Source of the DNA: Chiloscyllium plagiosum
Taxonomy: Eukaryota
Reading direction: 5' to 3'
NCBI RefSeq assembly: GCF_004010195.1
Contig: NC_057718.1
Span: 88,626,233-88,690,232, forward strand
DNA: 64,000 nt
The notes beneath the pieces are model-generated. The model saw nothing but the letters and a program-made list of their open reading frames with translations, was not told the DNA's origin and did not search any database. Both the position numbers and the translations under genes were made by a program. This document shows, piece after piece, positions 58,911 through 64,000 of this stretch; the first letter of the stretch is position 1; every line of letters begins with the position of its first letter.

Positions 58911-59445
58911 TGTTTTAAAAAATTCTCAAGGTCAGGTTCGTAGGAGAGTAGTCTGACACAGAACAAACGACCAAGAGGCGAGTCTGCTAGAATATGGGCA
59001 TTTTATTCCCCGCAGCGTCGCCACAACCAGGTCTCATACTTACAACGGGTCTGGCTTATACTCACTCTACATGTTACCGGAACTGGGAGCCGTCAGTTCT
59101 CGTAGAGCGGTTGCCAACAACCCACGCTCGGCGGTTAAACGTAACCCCGGAGCAGACTCACCGAACTGGAGACTTTTCCAGCTGATATACTCTTTTAAAC
59201 ATTCATGTGAACAGCAGAGCAAGGCTAAAAAACACATTCCATTCTGGTTACATACAGATAAGAAGATTCACACGGGGAGGTGTGTAATAAGATTCACACG
59301 GGACTAAGCAACACCTCCATTCCGGTTAGATTCACACATGTATTGGGACATAATTTTTAACCGTTTCACCACATTCCACTGCTTGGCCCAATACATGTGT
59401 TACATTATGATTCACACATGTATTGGGACATAATTTTACACCACA
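58911..59445 (-). mobile_element. Solo LTR, 535 bp, with 5-bp TSD GCACA
   Basis: TG...CA ends; gcaca at 58906-58910 and 59446-59450; on the minus strand TATAAG (59055-59060) then AATAAA (59002-59007); the CR1 ORF1 continues across the insertion. Confidence 0.8.
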
Positions 59446-60354
59446 GCACACCAGAGAGGGAACACTGTTTCAGGAGACAGTTACACCTTTAAATTAACTA
59501 CATCAAACTTGGTCCATGATCAGAGTCAGGACGGTGTGTCTGCAAGTGAGGTAAGGAGCTTCAGCCAGTGATTTTGCCCAAAAGCCATGAAGTCCTTGCT
59601 CCCAGAATGGATGAGGGCACAGAAGATGAGCAAACTGACCACAGCATCATAGTACAGAGTGCCATTCAAGTGGGGGGAGAATGGAAACTGTTCTCTGCTG
59701 CCAAGAGTCCCAAAGCTGTGTTGCCTACTTGGTGCCAAGGCAAGGACATCTCTTCAGGCTAGAGAAGAACTTTTGAGTGAAAAGGCCAAGATTCAGTTGT
59801 CATGGACCACATAGGTACCAACGCCACTGACAGGACTGGGAATGAGGTTCTGCTGTGGGACTATGAGCAGCTCAGGGCTATATTAAAAAAGCAGTACCAT
59901 AAAGGTAATAATCTCAAGAATACTACCTAAACCACATGCAAATTGGCATAGAGTAAATAATACTAGAGAGGTAAATGTATGGATCAAAGATTGGCATATA
60001 GGGGAAAGGGGCTCTGAATCATGAGCATTTCTCTGTGGAAAGAGAAATTGGGCCTCATTTGAAGCATTCAGGGGTCAGTGTCTTGGGGAATCATGTAACT
60101 AAGGTTATACAAAGGGGTTTAAACTAGTTGGTTGGGTAGGGCTTAATTGAAGGGATGTTTAAAATAAAATCAAAAAGAAACAAGAGAGCAGAGGTGCAGG
60201 ATTATGAAGAGGCGAACAATAACCCTAGTATAACAGGAAGAGGCAAAAAAAAATAAGCTGAGTCGTGCAGTTGTAATTAGAATCAAAATAAGTAATAATG
60301 GTAAAAAGTCAAAACCTAAGGCTCTTTTTCCGAATACATGCAGCATTTGCAACT

Positions 60355-60630
60355 AGATGAGTTATAGAGCCATACAGCACGGAAACAGACCCTTCAGTCC
60401 AACTCATCCGCGCTGACCAGAAATCCCAATCTCACCTAGATCCATTTTCCAGCCTTTGGCCAATATCCCTGTAAATCCTTCTTATTCATATATCCAGCCA
60501 GATGCCTTTTAAATGTTGTAACTGTACCCACCTCCACCATTTTCTCTGGCAGCATGTTCCACACAAGCACACCCTCTGTCTGAAAAGGTTATTCCTCAGG
60601 TTCTTTTTAAATCTTTCCCCTCTCACCTAG
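60355..60630 (-). mobile_element. CR1 3' fragment nested in the older CR1
   Basis: Reverse complement of the CR1 3' UTR (tacagcacggaaacagacccttc). Confidence 0.85.
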
Positions 60631-60885
60631 AACATTGACAGCACAAATAAAATAAATGATTTTGAATTGACAGCTATTACAGAGATGTGGATGCAGGGTG
60701 AACAAGACTGGGATTTTAATATTTAAAGGTATTCAACATTCTGGAAAAACAGACAAAAAGGAAAAGGATGTGGGGTACTATTGTTAAGTGCAGTGATGAG
60801 TAGTGATATAGATGCAGTACATCATGACATGGAATCCAACTGGGTGGAAATAAGGAATAGTAAGTGAAAAAAATCATGGATGGGA

Positions 60886-61160
60886 GTCATAGAATCCCTA
60901 CAGAGTGGAAGCAGGCCTTTCAGCCCATTAGATCCACATTGTCCCTCTGAACAGCATCTCACCCAATCCTGTAACCGTGCACTTCCCTTGGCTAATCCAC
61001 CCAACCTGAACATCCCTGGATACTATGGGCAATTTCGCATGGTCAAGCCATCAAACCTGCACATCTTTGGACTCTGGGAGGACACACACACGCCCAAGGG
61101 TGGAACTGAACCCGGGTCCCTGGCACTGAAAGGCAGCAGTGCTAACCATTGAGCTGCCGT
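60886..61160 (-). mobile_element. V-SINE variant, internally deleted
   Basis: Head and tail present in reverse orientation. Confidence 0.75.
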
Positions 61161-62495
61161 ACCCTATAAATTGTAATTAGGGCCTTACTCTAGAACAGAT
61201 TAAGAAATAATGGAGGCATAGAGGAAGGCATTACATGATTTTAATCTGCATATTGACTGGATAAATGAGATGGCAAGGTTAACATGGAAGTTGAATCTAT
61301 AGAATGCAGAGATTGTTTCTTAGAGTAGTACACTGCACAACCTACCTGGGAACTGGCTGTTTTAGATCTAGTTATTTGTAATGAAATAGCAATCACAACA
61401 TGAAGAATTTCAAATTCAGTCTTCAGACAGCAAACAGGCTCCAAACTAGTGTCCTCAACTTAAATAAAGGCAATTACAGAGAGGTGAACAAAGAGTTGTC
61501 TAAAGTGCAATCAACAATGGGTGGCTAAAAAGCTAATTAAAGGGAGAAAATTAATTATGAAAGTAAACTGGTAAGAAATATAAAAATAAATAGCCAAGAG
61601 CTTCTCCAGGTATATAAAAGAAAGAGAGTAGCTAGAGTAAGTGTGGGACCATTGGAGGATGTGACTGGGGAAGTTATAGTGGGAAACAGGAAAATCAAAG
61701 ATATTTCGCGATATATCAACATTTTGCACTGGTCACCAGAGTGGAGAACACCGTAACCATCCCAAAGGTATCAGGGAAGGTGCTAATGAAGGAAAGGTCT
61801 TGTCATACTTTTTATCATGAGGGACAAGGCATTTCAATAGAGCGGAAGACAGACAAATAGACAGCTTATGATCTGCATTCAAATGCTTTAAGGGAAATAG
61901 CTGCAGAGAGCAAACTTGTCTCGAACTTCCTGGATTCTGGGAGGGTTCTAGTGAATTGGAAAACCATAAATATGATGTCCCTGTTCAAGAAGGGAGGAAG
62001 ACAGACAGCAGGATTCTATCGGCCAGTTAACCAGACATCTATCACTGGAAGAATGCTAGGATCCAATACTACAGAAGAAATATCAGGACACTTAGACACC
62101 GAATGCAATCAGAGTCAACATGGTTTTGTAAAAAGGAAATAATGTTTGACAAATTTGCTTGAGTTCTTGGAGGATAAAATCCCAGAGGTACTCACTTAAA
62201 CTAAGTGCAGGAAGCTCAAGTGTATGATAACACAGGAAGAAAGTATTGTAGCTCTAATTTAGTAATTAAGTCACTTACATCCACTGACGTGTTAGATATA
62301 GGGATACTGATGTATTATACAAATTTTGTTTTAGGCACTGTACCCAGAATAGCGTTTTGAGATCTGCACTGGTTGTTTTGGGCACTACACAAAAGCTGTC
62401 TTGTTTCTTATCTATTAATAAAGGGGTATTTTCAGATTAATGGAGTTACATATTTACAGTGTGTTTAAAATCTTACACTTTGTTATAAGTAGAGT

Positions 62496-62817
62496 GGGCG
62501 GCACGGTGGCATAGTGGTTAGCACTGCTGCCTCACAGCGCCAGAGACCCGGGTTCAATTCCCGCCTCAGGCGACTGACTGTGTGGAGTTTGCACGTTCTC
62601 CCCGTGTCTGCGTGGGTTTGCTCCGGGTGCTCCGGTTTCCTCCCACAGTCCAAATATGTGCAGGTCAGGTGAATTGGCCATGCTAAATTGCCCGTAGTGT
62701 TAGGTAAGGGATAAATGTAGGGGTATGGGTGGGTTGCGCTTCGGCGGGTCGGTGTGGACTTGTTGGGCCGAAGGGCCTGTTTCCACACTGTAAGTAATCT
62801 AATCTAATCTAATCTAG
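62496..62817 (+). mobile_element. Full-length young V-SINE (HE1-like)
   Basis: A box tggcatagtgg, B box ggttcaattcc, V domain, CR1-like tail, (aatct)n; CpGs retained. Confidence 0.93.
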
Positions 62818-63039
62818 ATAGTTTGCATTATTCTATTTTAAATTCATTCTTTTTATAATACTTTTTTTTTATGAAAGCAAAATCTGCAGCATTGCTTGTT
62901 GTGCTTCAGGAGAGACCACTTTGTTCAAACCAAAACAAATAAAGTTATGAACTCTCAAGTTGGATCCCGTCTGGAATCTGATTTATCTGGTAACATCTAG
63001 TTGTGTTATAATCCCAGCAGATTAAAAGTACTTTACAAG

Positions 63040-63250
63040 TAAATTGCTGTTTCACTTAGAGGGTGCATTTGGGTCCTTGGACAATGAGGAGGGAGGAGGT
63101 AAAGAAATCAGTGTTAGACCTTTCAGAATTGAATGGGAAGGTATTTTGAAGAGGTGTTAAGAGTAAAAGATGAATGGACTAGTCCCTGCAGAATATTCAC
63201 AGTGGAAGGGTGATGGCATACTGCCTGGAGGTGCCATAAATGCAGCCTTG
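63040..63250 (-). mobile_element. Degenerate PLE GIY-YIG linker fragment
   Basis: Similar to 640-860 (gtaaattgctgtttcactt...gaggtaaa). Confidence 0.5.
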
Positions 63251-64000
63251 TCATGCCACACATTTTAAGAATATGGAAGAGGAAATGAAACTAAGTAGAA
63301 ATTATATAAGATTTAACATATGTACAACATTTTTAAAGGCTAAATTTTTAAGACCTGAAAGAAAGCAATACACATGATGAAAGTAGAAATATTACCTAAC
63401 AGCTTTCGGATAGTACAGAAAATTTCCATGGCAGCCAGGAGACAGCTGAATAAAAATTTCATGCAAAGAGATGTTGAGAAAAATCCACGTAACAGTTTAG
63501 TTGTACAAAGGAAGTGGTTCAGACTAACAGACACAAACATATCAATGGTTTAAGCATTTAATTATGTTTGCCAAAGGACAAGTGTATAACCTGTTGTTTA
63601 TCTTGCTCAGTTATAAGTCTTCACAGTCTAGCTTCAAGAACATACGTGAGAACTTCAAAAGCTATTTAAAGAATTGCATCTGTTCACATTCAAGCATCAT
63701 AAATTTACTTTAAAAGCTTTTGATTAATGTGGGGATTCCCCATTGTTTTATCAAAAAGGAGCCAGTTATAAGATTATAAAAGAACTTTATTCAGTGACTG
63801 TCACCCAGATGTTCTTGCATTTGTGGATTTAATAAGGTGTGAACAAATTGTGCTAATCTTCTTTAATAGTTCAATCTGCGCAAACTAATGCCTACATCTC
63901 CCACTAAAAAGGAATTGAATAGAAAAAGTGACAACTTTCCCTGTTCATTAAATAAGACAGAGTGTACTACAGGATTTTTATTTTACGTGAATTGAGTGAA

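Larger units (their letters stand above)
58755..62180 (+). mobile_element. Long degenerate CR1 LINE: ORF1 zinc-finger and esterase remnants, ORF2 APE and start of RT
   Basis: Decayed Cys-rich segment at 58770-58860; HIGTN and KVIIS..LP esterase-like segments at 59810-59930; AITEMW near 60675; LFKKGGRQ..FYRPVN and QSQHGFVK at 61980-62135. Confidence 0.7.

Noticed and set aside
58960..59180. CpG-rich patch with splice-donor-like motifs as the RMND1/ARMT1 promoter or exon 1
   Set aside because: It lies inside a TG..CA element with a 5-bp TSD that interrupts a CR1, so a solo LTR explains it better.
59265..59437. Spaced short repeats as a CRISPR-like array
   Set aside because: Spacing is irregular, only two long copies exist, the context is a eukaryotic LTR, and there are no cas genes.
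62496..62570. tRNA gene
   Set aside because: The A and B boxes run directly into the V domain and LINE-like tail, so this is a SINE head.

Overview
Eukaryotic, repeat-rich genomic DNA, most likely from an elasmobranch (shark), judged from V-SINE/HE1-type SINEs and CR1/HER1-type LINEs. The only host gene found is RMND1 on the minus strand. Ten GT-AG coding exons lie between 49012 and 9034 (109, 76, 40, 101, 107, 65, 77, 121, 117 and 33 nt) and join into an 846-nt open frame, [16 protein letters not shown]...[11 protein letters not shown]. The N-terminal exon(s) were not found and probably lie beyond base 64000. The rest is intron or 3' flank filled with CR1 LINEs, SINEs, Tigger-like MITEs, LTR remnants and Penelope-like elements (PLEs), plus two N-gaps. 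I see no CRISPR array, rRNA, true tRNA or operon-like system. Three things stand out. (1) Two independent palindromic insertions of one PLE family, each flanked by a target-site duplication (TSD), sit about 200 nt inside each end of the same 12-kb intron; one carries intact minimal hammerhead-ribozyme cores. (2) Hammerhead relics from several other PLE families are scattered through the locus. (3) A CpG-rich solo LTR with a 5-bp TSD lies in sense orientation upstream of the first visible exon. All functional readings are inference, and repeat boundaries are approximate because they were read by eye.
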